From positions 16,244,001 to 16,308,000 of the forward strand of contig NC_043021.1 in NCBI RefSeq assembly GCF_006345805.1: a DNA stretch of 64,000 nt, written 5' to 3'. This document shows, in pieces, positions 13,265 through 28,365 of this stretch. Position numbers and translations under genes: made by a program. The notes under the pieces were generated by a model. The model ran no database searches. It saw only the letters and a program-made list of their open reading frames with translations, and was not told the origin of the DNA. Origin of the DNA: Octopus sinensis (taxonomy: Eukaryota). Each line of letters begins with the position of its first letter. Positions within the stretch are counted from its first letter, which is position 1.

Positions 13265-16200
13265 CTGAAGTAGACAAACACAACGATTAATTAATAATTT
13301 TAATGATAATAATCTTTTACGCTCTTTTACTTGTTTCAGCCATTTGACTGTGCCCATGCTGGAGCACCACCTTTAGTCGAGTAGATCGACCCCCACCACT
13401 TATTCTTTGTAAGCCCGGTACTTTTTCTATCGGTCCTTTTTGCCGAACCGCTAAGTTACGGGGACGTACACACACCAGCATCGGTTGTCAAGCAATGTCG
13501 GGGGGGGACAAACACAGACACACATACGTATACACACACACATACGTATACACACACACATACGTATACACACACACATACATGTATACATATATACAAT
13601 GGGCTTCTTTCAGTTTCCGTCTACCAAATCCACTCACACGGCTTTGGTCGGCCCAAGGCTACAGTAGAAGACACTTGCCTAAAGTGCCAGGCGGTGGGAC
13701 AGAACCCGGAACCATGTGGTTCGTAAGCAAGCTACTTACCACACAGCCACTCCTATGCAATAATGATGATGATGGGCTAGTGAATTTTCTGTTGAATACT
13801 CTAGATTTTCTGGTCAGCTGCTTGACCATAACCAGTTGAGCCTGTCCCTTAGTAGCTGATGATATGTGCATCTCTGAGCATGAGCAGTAAAAGAGCATCA
13901 CAGCTATGTGTTGAGAGGAATTCTTTAGGGTTTGAATAATTCACCTCTGGAAACACAGGTGTGTCATTCATCACCTTCAAACAGCCCTTATTCAAGGACC
14001 TTTTGAGCAGGATGGACTTCTTAACCTGAAGAAAATTCTAAATGGGTCCCAGCTGCAAGGTCATGTGTTATCTTGATATGAAGTCACCATGTCATACACA
14101 TGTGATGCATGTGCCTCGTGTACCCTTATCCACTGGGTAGTCATGATAGGTATATTGGGCTTTGTATATTTGTCCTCCAGTGTCACTTCGATGGCATGCA
14201 CAGCTCTCTCACTCAATAGACAATAACAACAACAACGAAAATCCTTTCTTCCATGGGCACAAAACCTGAAATTTCAGTGTTCAACTGGTGCTTACTGTAC
14301 TGACCCCGAAGGACAAGGCTTACAAAAATAAGTCCTAGGGTCGATTTGCTTGACTAAAGGTGGTGCTCCAACATGGCCGCAGTCAAATGACTGAAACAAG
14401 TAAAAGAGCAAAGAGTAGGAAGAGAAGAAAGAGTACTAGAAATAGCAGTGAAATCTCAGTTGATATTATATCTCAGCATTTAATAAAGAATAAAAAGAAA
14501 AGTAAGAACAGGCTGGAGGATGTATATAGTTCCATAAACAGAAAAAAGAAAGACAGCTAATAACAGCTGGGACACATCTCTCTCCTGGGATGTTGCCCTG
14601 AGATTAAATGACAGCAAGTGCAGCAACAGTGAGCTCCTGCACAGATGCTCAACTGGCTAGAAACAACAGTCAAATCACCCTCAAATCATAGCCATCGTCA
14701 TCATTTTAACGTCCGCTTTCCATACTTGCGTGGGTCAGACGGAATTTACCATGGCAGTTTTTCTACAGCTGGATGCCCTTCCTGTCACCAACCTTTGCTG
14801 GTTTCCAAGCAAGGCAACATTTCTCCATGGTCAGACATATTTTGCAGAATGTTGGAAATGAATGACATTCATTTACAACCATGCAATGTCAAGACAAGGA
14901 GACACAAACACTCAGGCACACACACACACACACATATAATGTGAAGGCACGTGGCTTAGTGGTTAGGGTATTTGGCTCACGATCGTAAGGTCATGAGTTC
15001 AATTTCTGGTGATGCGTTGTGTCCTTGAGCAAGACACTTTATTTCACATTGCTCCAGTCCTCTCAGCTGGCAAAAATGAGTTGTACCTGTATTTCAAAGG
15101 GTCAGCCTTGTCGCACTCTGTGTTGTGCTGAATCTCCCTGAGAACTACATTAAGGGTACACGTGCCTGTGGAGTGCTCACCTGAGTGCAACGGAGCAACA
15201 TGAAATGAAGTGTTTTGCTCAAGAACACAACTTGTCATGTGGTCCAGGAATCAAAACCACAATCTTATGATCATGAGTCCAACACCCTAACCACTAAGCC
15301 ATGCGCCTCCACTAAAAAGGTAAAGTTATCTTCTGAAGTCATACTGACTAAGGGCCAGTTTTCTGGTTTCCATGGTTTTATATATTCTCCACTTGGATGG
15401 GACGCTAGTCCATTGCAGTGTTACTCATTTTCGCCAGCTGAGTGGACTGGAGTAATTGTGAAATGAAGTGTTTTACTCAAGAACAAAATATGTCGCCCGG
15501 TCCAGGAATCAAAACTACAATCTAACGATCATGAGTCCAACACCCTAACCACTAAGTCATGTGCCTCCACTACACACAGACATAAACACATGATGGGCTT
15601 CTGCACAGTTTCCATCTACCAAATCCACTCGCAAGTCATTAGTTGATCTGGGGTTACAGTAGAAGACATTTGCCCAAGGTGCCATGCAGTGGGACTGAAC
15701 CAGAAACCTATTGCCTTCACAAAAATAAAAATGGTAACTACAGCCTCTCATATACAAAATGTCAATTTCTTTACTACCCACAAGGGGCTAAACACAAAGA
15801 GGACAAACAAGGACAGACAAACGGATTAGGTTAATTATATCAACCCCAGTGCGTAACTAGTACTTAATTTATCAACCCCAAAAGGATGAAAGGCAAAGTC
15901 GACCTCAGCAGAATTTGAACTCAGAACGTACCGGTAGATGAAATACCTATTTCTTTACTACCCACTAGGGGCTAAACACAGAGGGGACAAACAAGGACAG
16001 ACAAAGGGATTAAGTCGATTACATCGACCCCAGTGTGTAACTGGTCCTTAATTTATTGACCCCCGAAAGGATGAAAGGCAAAATCGACCTCGGCGGAATT
16101 TGAAATCAGAACGTAACGGCAGATGAAATACCGCTAAGCATTTCACTCGGCATGCTAACGTTTCTGCCAGCTCGCCGCCATATACAAAATGTCATGATGG

Positions 16201-16819
16201 TCATGACTGGAGTGCTTTTGATTAATTATATTCCTATTCTATTAGAGCTGAGCTGAGACAACAACAACAACAGAACCATCATCTCACTAATACAATATCA
16301 GGAAATTACATCAGCCCTTAAAATTACTGTTGGTCAGAAATCTGTTTGGTTGAGCACTAATGGTTGTAAATGATCACCGGAAACTGTCCATCCACAAGTT
16401 ATTGGATTTTCTAGTTATTAATGACATAATTAGGTCACAGACTGGGCTTGATTCGTTATTGGAAAAAACTAACAAACTGCTGTAAACACTGATCACCCAG
16501 GCTGACTCACATCGATGCATACATATGGATGCAGACACCCGTATGCACAAATAGAGATGTACCCCTACTTACGTCATTTTGGGTTATGTCTTTATCGATC
16601 GTTTTTTGGGGGGGTTTTTTAAAAATTAACATCAGCTTTGGTCAGTTTATTCGACTTTATGTTGATCTTAGTGAACACATTTAAAAGCACAAAATTTATG
16701 AAAAGTCAATAGTGAAGTGGGAAAATCAAATTGAAAAGATGTACAAATCTTTTACTAAGACAGATAAAACCAAATAAATTTGTGTGGCATCATTAGCAAT
16801 ATAAGTTGAGGTATGCCTC

Positions 16820-16856
<37 letters not shown>

Positions 16857-17018
16857 ATGGCATCTTGGGCAAGTGTCTTCTTCTAGGCTGACCAAAGCCT
16901 TGTGAGTGGATTTGGTAGATGGAAACTGAAAGAAATCCCTCGTATACATATATAGATAGATAGATAGATAGATAGACAGACAGACGGACAGACAAACAGA
17001 GACAGACAGACAGATAGG

Positions 17019-17049
<31 letters not shown>

Positions 17050-19507
17050 TGTGTGTGTGTGCATGTGTATGTGTGTGTGCGCGTGTGTGTGTGTGTGTGC
17101 GTGTGCGTGTGTGTGCGTGTGGCACATTGGGCAAGTGTCTTCTACTATACTTCTTTTTATGGTAATAGAGTAGGCTGTGTTTCTGTGCTAGGAAAATCTG
17201 AGAGTGATCATTCAAAACTCAGCAGGGATTTCACTACACTTGTTTTGTTTTTTTTAGATAATGACTGAAGTATTTTAGTAATGAGATGGTGAAGGACAAA
17301 ATGTCCATGACTTTTGAAGGGCTCTGAGACTTGTGCAGCAGGAAGGGTGGCAGAAACCATAGTGAAGGGGTTGCCACTGTAGAGAGTAGATTCTCAAGAT
17401 ATGCTCAGACAAGAGACTTGGTCTGAGCATAACTTGCTTGCAACAGAGGGGACTTTGCTAAATGCACAACAGATAATGGTATTTAACTAGGCGACAGAAT
17501 ACTACCCAAATCTACCACCCGACAAAACAGGTAGACACTCCATCTCATCGATTTCCAATATTGCCCTACAGGCACATGTGCTGGTGGCACATGTAAAACA
17601 ACATTCGAGTGTGGTCATTGCCAGTGCCACCAGACTGGCTCCCATGCAGGTAGCATGTAAAAAACACCTTTTGAGCATGGTTGTTGCCAGAACCGCCTGA
17701 CTGGCCCTCGTGCTGGTGTCATGTAAAAGCACCCACTACACTCTCGGAATGGTTGGCGTTAGGAAGGACATCCAGCTGTAGAAACTTTGCCAGATCAGAC
17801 TGATCCTGGTGCAGCCTCTGGCTCACCAGTCCTCAGTCAAACCGTCCAACTCATGCCAGCATGGTAAGCAGACGTTAAATGATGATGATGATGATGATGA
17901 TGAGATTCTGTGTCCCCAATTTGTTTCCCAAATCTCAGATGAATGTAAAGTTTCAGTGAAAAAAACAAAAAAAAAATACTCCAAGCTGTCTCACATTGGA
18001 ATTGAACCTGAGCAGCCATGTAACAGATTAAGCAACATTGAGCAACAAAACATAAGACTGTAAAGTATTTAGTCTACATCTACTCCATTTTTCCCACACT
18101 CTCCCCACCCCTACACCAATAAACAACCCACTGAATGTAACTTAAGCTGTAACAAGCCAACGAGGTGTATGTAGCCAGCTTTATAAACAACAGCTTGCTA
18201 ATGATTAAATTCAATCCAGTCCATTATAGTTTATTAGATTTCAGTTAATTAATCTCCCAAAAGTGACAGCAATACTTATTATAATAATTATTATTAGTAG
18301 TAGTATTGTCTTTTTTTTTTTCAGTGTTCTTGTCTAGGTTGCTTATCATCACACTGTTGCAAATACTTAATTATAGGCACAGGAGTGGCTGTGTGGTAAG
18401 TAGCTTGCTTACCAACCACATGTTTTCCGGGTTCAAGTCCCACTGCGTGGCTCCTTGGGCAAGTGTCTTCTGCTATAGCCTCGGGCCGACCAAACCCTTG
18501 TGAGTGGATTTGGTAGACAGAAACTGAAAGAACCTGTCATATGTGTGTGTGTGTGTGTCTGTCCCCCCAACATTGCTTGACAATCGATGCTTGTGTTTAC
18601 ATCCCCATAACTTAGCGGTTTGACAAAAGAGACCAATAGAATAAGTACTAGGCTTACAAAGATTAAGTCCTGGGGTTGATTTGTTCGACTAAAGGTGGTG
18701 CTCCAGCATGGTCGCAGTCAAATGACTGAAACAAGTAAAAGAGATACGTTCAACAATCCCAAAAAAGAAGACTGGGTGATGTCTCAGCCTGCTAGAGATA
18801 ACAGCCAAATTTTCTTTAAATCTTCCTCCAGTATCTTAACCCTTTCATGACCATATTCCTAACGAAGTACACAATTCGTATAATTTCAATTAATTTTGAA
18901 AATAATTAAGAATTTGGAAAGAAATCATCATCATCATCGTTTAAGGTCCACTTTCCAAGAACACTGGAGTTGATATGATCAAGTAACCCCTTCCCTTAAA
19001 ATTGCTGGCCTTGTGCCAAAATTAGAAAGAATTAATAATATTAGTATTATGTGTATCATTATTAACCTTCTTGGCAGGCTTCTGTACAGTTTCCTTCCAC
19101 CCAGTTTCACTCACAAAGAATAGGTCGACCCGAGACCTCAGGAAATGACATCTGGCTAAGATTCCACACAGTGGGATTGAACTGGTGTCCTCATGGCCGT
19201 GATGCAAACTTATTCCTGTACCTCCAGGGCTACGTCACTGATTACATTATCCAACATGTCTTTTCTCTTTTTATTCTTTCAACTCTTTTAATATCAGCTG
19301 TGCTTGGAACTACCTGTACTTCCATGATACAAAACATCTCATTTCCAAATGTTTATTTGTTAAAATTTTTTTATCATAATTCTATGCTGGAAATATCAAC
19401 TTGGTAACACAGAAATTATTTCACTGAATCAGCCTGGTGCAGCCTTCTGGCTTACCAGCCCTCAGTCAAACCGTCCAACCCATGCCAGCATGGTAAGCAG
19501 ACATTAA

Positions 19508-19727
19508 CCCTTTCGCTACTGTATTTATTTTGAGATGCTCTGTGTTTCTTTCAATTACTTTAAATGTAACAAAGAATTTAGTAAAATAACTTAGCTATCA
19601 TTCAGCTAGTATTAGGAGCATAAATTGTGACTAAAATTTGGTGGAAGATTTTAATTCAAAACTTATGAAAACAAGACATTTGTATTAAGATCCAGAGCCG
19701 ATTTCAGCCGGTTTGGTATCGAAAGTG
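19508..19727. mobile_element. Same piggyBac-type MITE, inserted into the TTAA of an RTE tail
   Basis: TTAA flanks; splits CATTAA from ACAATGATGATG. Confidence 0.8.
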
Positions 19728-20322
19728 TTAAACAATGATGATGATGAGGATAATGAGAATGATGATGACAACGACAACGATGAGGAGGATTCCCTTCCAA
19801 ATTCTTGATACAGATTTTATGAACTCGAAACATGGAAGGCAAATTCAACCGTGGCAGGATTTGAACCCAGAATTCAAAGAGTGGGAACAAATACAACAAA
19901 ACATGTGGCTTGATGTCCTTCCAGTTCTGCTGACTCACCACCTTGGAGTGGTACCTTTTTATTGAACGACCCTCAGAAGATGAAAGGCAAAGTTGGACTG
20001 GCTGGATTTGAACTTAGAACGCAAAGACTGGAGACAACTACCACAAGGCATTCGGTCCCATGCTTTAACAATTCTGCCAATTTGCTGGCAAAGTGATAGG
20101 AAGATTGTATTTGAGCTTACATACAAGTGTACTTGTGTTTATGTGTGTGAGGAAACGTGTATAGATATCTGTGTGTATTATGTGTATTTGTGAATGTATT
20201 TATATGTATTTATATGGAGTTAGGTTTTTTTCTTAGTTAGTGTTTTGGTGAGAGGTGGGATATTTTGGAACTGAAACCTGATCCGTTTGAGGTTTGCTAA
20301 TATATATATATATATATATATA

Positions 20323-21037
20323 TACTCCAGACAATATTACCAGCCAGTGAAGGGAACACAGAAATACACTTCAGAAGAATCCACAGAGTGACTAACAACT
20401 AATAGTAGTCACAGACATTAACTACTGATCGATGTGGCTAGCCATAACGTGGAACTTAGTATCCGTCTGGATGATATATACCTCCAGACTCACATTTATT
20501 TATCTATTAATTTATTTATATATTGAGAGAGAGAGAGAAATAGAGATGATACAGTGATAGGTAGATATAAATAGATATAGAGACAGGGATTGCAAGTACT
20601 TGGTAACCCTGTCAGTGCAGGTGCTACTTAAAAGCATCCAGTGCACAAACTTCATCTATTTCTAAGCAAGGTAATATTTTCATGGAAGGTTGGCTGAGAA
20701 GGACACATGCATATATATATATATATATGTTAATAAAATAGAATATATGCATATATATAAACATATATGTACGTACCTACCTCTACATGTACATATACAC
20801 GCATATATGTGTACAGGACACCAAAAAGACGTCGAACACATAGAGAGACGAAACACATAGACACAAACCAAGGAACAAGACAAGCAAAAAAAGGGAGAGA
20901 TACAGGACAATAAGCACAACGAAAAATCCCCTTCTTCAGTCGCTAAGATTTCATCTACTAAACGTTTCGAAGGATAAAGGGAGTAAATCCAAACTTACAG
21001 GGAAAAATTAGATTTAGGTTTAAATCCAATTTTACTG

Positions 21038-21069
<32 letters not shown>

Positions 21070-21787
21070 ATACTCCAGACAATATTACCAGCCAGTGAAG
21101 GGAACACAGAAATACACTTCAGAAGAATCCACAGAGTGACTAACAACTAATAGTAGTCACAGACATTAACTACTGATCGATGTGGCTAGCCATAACGTGG
21201 AACTTAGTATCCGTCTGGATGATATATACCTCCAGACTCACATTTATTATCTATTAATTATTTATATATTGAGAGAGAGAGAGAGAAATAGAGATGATAC
21301 AGTGATAGGTAGATATAAATAGATATAGAGACAGGGATTGCAAGTACTTGGTAACCCTGTCAGTGCAGGTGCTACTTAAAAGCATCCAGTGCACAAACTT
21401 CATCTATTTCTAAGCAAGGTAATATTTTCATGGAAGGTTGGCTGAGAAGGACACATGCATATATATATATATATATGTTAATAAAATAGAATATATGCAT
21501 ATATATAAACATATATGTACGTACCTACCTCTACATGTACATATACACGCATATATGTGTACAGGACACCAAAAAGACGTCGAACACATAGAGAGACGAA
21601 ACACATAGACACAAACCAAGGAACAAGACAAGCAAAAAAAGGGAGAGATACAGGACAATAAGCACAACGAAAAATCCCCTTCTTCAGTCGCTAAGATTTC
21701 ATCTACTAAACGTTTCGAAGGATAAAGGGAGTAAATCCAAACTTACAGGGAAAAATTAGATTTAGGTTTAAATCCAATTTTACTGTA
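20323..21787. repeat. Direct tandem duplication, 748-bp period
   Basis: 20323-21037 repeats at 21071-21785; ORFs 20680-20919 and 21428-21667 are identical; units are separated by (TA)n. Confidence 0.95.
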
Positions 21788-21810
21788 TATATATATATAT
21801 ATATATATAT

Positions 21811-22035
21811 TAAATTAGAGATAAAACCACTATTAGGCAAATCAAACAGTGAAAAACATAAACCAAAACATAGAAAAATTAATTAATATAATATACAAAA
21901 TATATAAAATATAAAATTCAAATTTTGAATTTTAAATTTTCTATATTTTCTATATTATATTAATTAATTTTTCTATGTTTTGGTTTATATTTTTCACCTT
22001 TTGATTTGCCTAATAGTGGTTTTATCTCTAATTTA
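21811..22035. repeat. AT-rich palindrome (~112-bp arms) embedded in (TA)n
   Basis: TAAATTAGAGATAAAACCACTATTAGGCAAATCAAA ... TTTGATTTGCCTAATAGTGGTTTTATCTCTAATTTA, centred at 21923. Confidence 0.92.
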
Positions 22036-22610
22036 ATATATATATATATAGTTGGGAAGCAAGCGTCTTACCATACAGCCACACTTGCACTTATAGACAT
22101 ATATGCAGGTATGTATGTACATATCAGGACAATTACCCCCTCCATAGGAGGTAATTGTCCCAATATGGAGTTTATTTCACAATATAGTGAAGATATGACA
22201 TGATATAGGTAAAGAAATTTGAAAAGAAAATACGAAACCGGTTACTTCTCCCAAAATTATGTTACTATACACAAAATTTTATAACATTTTTCTAACATAA
22301 TGACTTAAATATATTCTTTAACCATATAACACAAGCCTTCTGTAGTTTTTTCCATCTTTTTTGTCTTTTATATATATATATATATACACACATACCTATA
22401 TATACATACACACACACACACATATATATATACATACACATACATACATACACATACCTATATATACATACATACACATACCTATATATACATACATACA
22501 TACACATACCTATATATACATACATACATACACATACCTATATATACATACATACACATACCTATATATACATACATACACATACCTATATATACATACA
22601 TACACATACC

Positions 22611-22662
<52 letters not shown>

Positions 22663-24556
22663 TACATACATACACACACACACAATCAGAGTAAATACAA
22701 ACATATTGGTATACACATTCACTTGTGTCTATTTGTGTCTTTTACACAATACGTCAGCTGCCAATATGACCCGCAGTTATTTGAATTATGTCAGCTGTTT
22801 ATTTTAATTTATTGTGTTACTAATACTCTATGCATTATGTATTTAATGCTACATCTCGTTATTGGTAAATTTTTTTATTTCTTTTCTGACTTATTGGAGT
22901 ATCAGAAAAAATGCTTCGTGTTATCTCTACCAGCTATTTACATTCTGATTTCAAATCCCTTTAATGTTACGTTCAACTCATCCTTTCCAAGTTGATAAAT
23001 TAAGTACCAGTTGTGTACTGAGGTCGAATGTGGTTGACTATCCCCCTCCCCCAAATTTCATCATCATCATCATTTAACATGTTTTCCATGGTGGGATGGG
23101 TTGGATGGTCGACAGGATCTAAGGAGCAACAAGGACATGTTAATCTCCAATGTCTGCTTCGGAATGGGTTTTTTTTTTTTTTTTTTTTTTACAGGTGGCT
23201 GCCCTTCCTAACACCAACCTATTTTTTTCCCCCAGAGTGTACTGAGTGATCCTTTATTTTTAGGCAGGGACGGGACGGGGGGTGGCACCAGCACTAGTGA
23301 GGGTGCTATATAAACTTGCAAGACAGACAGAGAACGAGGAAAAAAAGAGGGGAAAAAAACAAGATCTCATTACTAAAAGGGGGAGTGTTTGGGAGAGGAA
23401 GGTAGAAGTGGATGGCTTTATGCCAGGTGTTGAAAGACTAAAGTAATAACAGAAGGACAAACACAAGTGTCTTGCAGTGGAGGAGATACCTGGCTGAAGG
23501 AGATAAAAGGAAGGTGGTGATGGGGGTGGGAGAGAAAAGTCTCAAGGTAAAAGAGGGGGGAGAATAAGAGAGAGGATGGAGTGGATCATGAAAGGGGGGT
23601 GAGTGTGGATGCTCTCATAAGAGGGTGAAGGTGGAGGAACAGATGGTTAAAGATGGGAGTAGGGGGTGAATATAGGGAGGAGGAGTAGTTGAAGAGAGAT
23701 AATAGTATGAAGAGGAGTAGGCTGAGAGATATAGGAATGGCCAGGAAGAGGGATAGAACAGCAAGTAGTGGGATGATGTAGGTGTAAGAGCTATATACAT
23801 ACACACACATATACATACATGCACACATATACACACATACATGCACACACATACACACACACACATACATACACGCACACACATACATACATACACGCAC
23901 ACACATACACGCACACACATACATACATACACGCACCACACACATACATACACGCACACACACACATACATACACGCACACACACACATACATACACGCA
24001 CACACATACATACACGCACACACATACATACACGCACACACATACATACATACACGCACATGCATACACACACATGCATACATACATATACATGCATACA
24101 TACATATACATGCATACATACATACATACTTATACATACATACATATACACACATACATACATACATATACACACAAATACATGCATACACACACATAAA
24201 TACATGCATACACACATACATACACAAACACACGTACACACAGACATACACACATATATACACAAACACACGTACACACAGACATACACACATATATACA
24301 CACATATTTACACAAACACACACATATGCATGTAAAATATATAAGAACACGTATATACAAATACATATATATACATAAACGCCCTGGGTCCTCTATGCAG
24401 AATAGATGCAATATAAACATACAAAAACAGCGTGTGCATGTATGTATGTGTTGTAACATTACTGCACAATTCAGCATGTATGTATATTCGTGTGTCTCTG
24501 TGTGAAGATGGTTACATATATGTGTGTGCATATGTATATACTATTTTTGCCATATA

Positions 24557-24591
<35 letters not shown>

Positions 24592-26723
24592 CGTACAAAA
24601 CTTACTATATAAACACACGTGTGCACGCACGCATGCACATACGCACACATATTTATTGCTTTTATCCTATACGTATGAATGCACATAGAGAAATGGCACT
24701 AATTAAAAAATAATTCATCATAGATGCAATTATAGTCTTGGGTATCCTTTCCTGGAATTAAGGGAGTGTGTGGGAGGAGTGGGTGAGTGGGGTGGGGTGG
24801 GGTGGGACGGAATAATACATCAAACATAAAATAACATGTACATCTGTCTGCTACAACCAGTTCTGGCAAATGTAAACCGTTACGTCATGCTTAAAATAAA
24901 AATAATAATAATAATAACAATAATACTAATAATACTACTACTACTAATAATAATAATAACAATAATGATGATGATGATAATTTATAATAATAATAATAAT
25001 AATTATTATTATTATTATTTATAACATAAACACCAGACCTGAAATTAAGTGTGGGAAAAGGGCTAGTCCAACAAATCAACACCACCACCAACCAGTACTT
25101 GACTGGTACTTTATGTTATTGACCTAGGAGGGATGAAAGGCAAAGTTGAGCCCAGTAAGATTTGAACTCAGAACATAAAGAGACTGAATAAATACCATTT
25201 GGCATTCTGCCAAACATTAAGGATTCTGCCAATCTGGTGCAATAACAATGGTTTCAAATTTCGGCACAAGGCCAGCAGTTTTTCTAAGGAGCAGGGAGAG
25301 GATTACATCAACCCCTGTACTTGACTGGTATTTATTTTATTGAGTCTGAAAGGATGAAAAACAAAGTCAGCCTAGGTAGGATTTGAACTCAGAATGTAAA
25401 GATGGGCAAAATGCTGCTAAGCTTTTTTCCCTGGCTAACAATTCTGCCAGCTCACCACCCTAATAATAATAATAATAATAATAATAATGATAATAATAAT
25501 AATCCTTTCTACGGGAAGCACAAGGCCCCAAATTTGGGGGAAGGGATTAAGTTGATTACATTGACTCCAGTGCATAACTGGTACTTATTTAATCAACTCG
25601 AATGGATGAAAGGCAAAGTTGACCCTGGTGGAATTTGAACTCAAAATGTAGCAACAGACGAAATGCCACTAAGCATTTCGCCTGGTGTGCTAACAATTCT
25701 GCCAGCTCAACACCCTAATAATGATAATAATCCTTTCTACTACAGGCACAAGGCCTGACATTTGGTGGGAAGGGACTAGTTGATTACATTGGTCCTAGTG
25801 TTTCACTGGTACTTAATTTATTGACCCCAGAAGGGTGAAAAGCAAAGACAGCCTCAACAGAATTCAAACTCAGAATGTAAAAATGGGTGAAACCCTGCTA
25901 AGCATTTTCCTCTGGCATGCTAATGATTCAGTCACCCTAATAATACTAATAATAACAGCAACGACAATGCTTTGAAATTTTGGAACATGTATGAGGCTAG
26001 TCAATTACATCCACCCAAGAACTAGATTGATGCTTTAGTTTCCTTAACCCTGGAGGGATGAAAGGCAAAGTCGAGCTTGGCAGAATTCGAACTCGGAATG
26101 TAATGAGCTGGAAAAACGGTAATCATTTTGTCTGTAGACTAAAAATTCTGCCAGCTCACCAACTTAAAAATAAATTATTTTTATCTTATATGGTAGCATA
26201 CTGTTTCTTTCTCCATTCCTGATTTTTCTCTTTTCAGACAGGTAACCTTGTACTACCTTTACAGCAAGACACCTGTTTCTGCCTCACTGTAACCTTTTCA
26301 TCATCACCTCCTCCAATGCCCCCTCCCCTCTTGAAAGTTGTTTTTTTTTAATTTTAATGTCTTGCAAGTACCTGGTGACCCTGACAGTGCAGGTGCCACT
26401 TAGAAGTGCCCAGTCCACACTGTAAAGTGGTTGGTCTTTGGAAGGGCATCCAGCTGTAAAAACCTTGCCAAAACTGACCTCACCTCTGCTTGTGCCACAT
26501 AAAAAGCACTAAGTCCACCCTGCTGAATGGTTGGTGTCAGGAAGGGCATCCCGCTGTAAAAACTTTGCCAAAACTAACCTCACCTGCGCTTGTGTGCTAT
26601 GTAAAACACACTACTCACCTCGCCTGTGCTACATAAAAAGCACTAAGTCCACCCTGCTGAATGGTTGGAGTCAGGAAGGGCATCCAGCTGTAAAAATCCT
26701 GCCAAAACAGTTGGCTCCATTCA

Positions 26724-26957
26724 AACCTATTTCTTTACTACCCACAAGGGGCTAAACACAGAAGGGACAGACAAGGACAGACAAATGGATTAAGTTGATT
26801 ATATCGACCCCAGTGCGTAACTGGTTCTTAATTTATCGACCCCGAAAGGATGAAAGGCAAAGTCAACCTCGGTGGAATTTGAACTAAGAACGTAGCAGCA
26901 GGCGAAATACCGCAAAGCATTTCACCCGGCGTGCTAACGTTTCTGCCAGCTCGCCGC
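26724..26957 (-). mobile_element. SINE family 2 (others at ~1843-2060, 2090-2310, 3875-4045, 9897-10110, 15765-16178, 25380-25710, 29700-29880, 32686-32922, 60246-60443)
   Basis: GGCGAGCTGGCAGAA...GAGTTCAAATTC...GTCGACTTTGCCTTTCATCC...AAGTACCAGT...CTGGGGTCGAT repeated many times, often with (TTA)n tails. Confidence 0.85.
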
Positions 26958-27374
26958 CATCAAACCGCCCCATCCATGCCAGCATGGAAGGCGGAAGTTA
27001 AATGACGATGATAATGATGATTAAGAATTCTACCAGCATGCCATGATAATAATAATTAATGTGCACTAAAAATAAATCCTTATTTGATCAGTAATAAATC
27101 ACAGCAAACATGGATGCGCCAAGAACATTTGACATCTCGATTAATAAATAAAAAAACAGACAATGGCGACAGGATTGCGCCGGAAACAAATGTAATCTTA
27201 ATGTAAATCGTTGATCAGATCTAATAAAAAGTCAGCTCTTAATTTGAATTTCATGGCAGTAAAACGAGGAGAGATAAATCTTCCCTCGGATAAGACATCT
27301 AACAATATCAGGTGACATGCCCAGATGGACTAACAGTTATCTGCGCATTTGTATGACTATCTACACACATATTC

Positions 27375-27409
<35 letters not shown>

Positions 27410-27529
27410 TCAATAAATGGTGGGGTTGTGTTGACCGTACGTGGAGAAATGATAAGCAAGGAAAAATTGTAAAAATGCAGAATGCTAAATTGAAAGAAAA
27501 TTTTAATGAAAATGGGTGTATGGAAAAAG

Positions 27530-27965
27530 TTTTTGAGAAATATATATATATATATATATTTGAGAAATATTTGAGAAATATATATATATACATACACATA
27601 TATATATATTTGAGAAATATATATATATACATACAAATATATATATATTTGAGAAATATATATATATACATACATACAAATATATATATATTTGAGAAAT
27701 ATATATATATATATACATACATACAAATATATATATATTTGAGAAATATATATATATATATACATACATACACATATATATATATTTGAGAAATATATAT
27801 ATATATACATACATACACATATATATATTTGAGAAATATATATATATATATTATATATATACATACACATATATATATATTTGAGAAATATATATATATA
27901 TACATACACATATATATACATACACATAAATATACATATATATATTTGAGAAATATATATATACA
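27530..27965. repeat. Minisatellite TTGAGAAA(TA)nCATACA... (~36-44 bp units)
   Basis: Recurrent TTTGAGAAATATA anchor. Confidence 0.9.
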
Positions 27966-28144
27966 TACACACACACACACACACATTCTCATAAATACAT
28001 ACACACACACATTCTCGTACATACACACAGACATTCACACCTTTATTCTATTTACGCATCCACTTTCTCATACTCACACACATTGTCAAGCACATATTTT
28101 AGACACAAAGCCACAAGTTCGGAAGAGAGTGGCATCACTATTAA

Positions 28145-28365
28145 CCCTTTTGTTACTGTATTTATCTTGAGATACTCTGTGTTTCTTTCAATTACTTTAA
28201 ATGTAACAAAGAATTTAGTAAAATAACTTAGTCATCATTCAGCTAGTGTTAGGAATATAAATTGTGACTAAGGTTTGGTGGAAGGTTTTAATTCAGAACT
28301 TATGAAAACAAGACACTTGTACTACAGAACCATAGCCGGTTTCGGCCGGGTTAGTAACAAAAGGG
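28145..28365. mobile_element. Same piggyBac-type MITE
   Basis: TTAA-CCCTTTTGTTAC ... GTAACAAAAGGG-TTAA. Confidence 0.85.
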
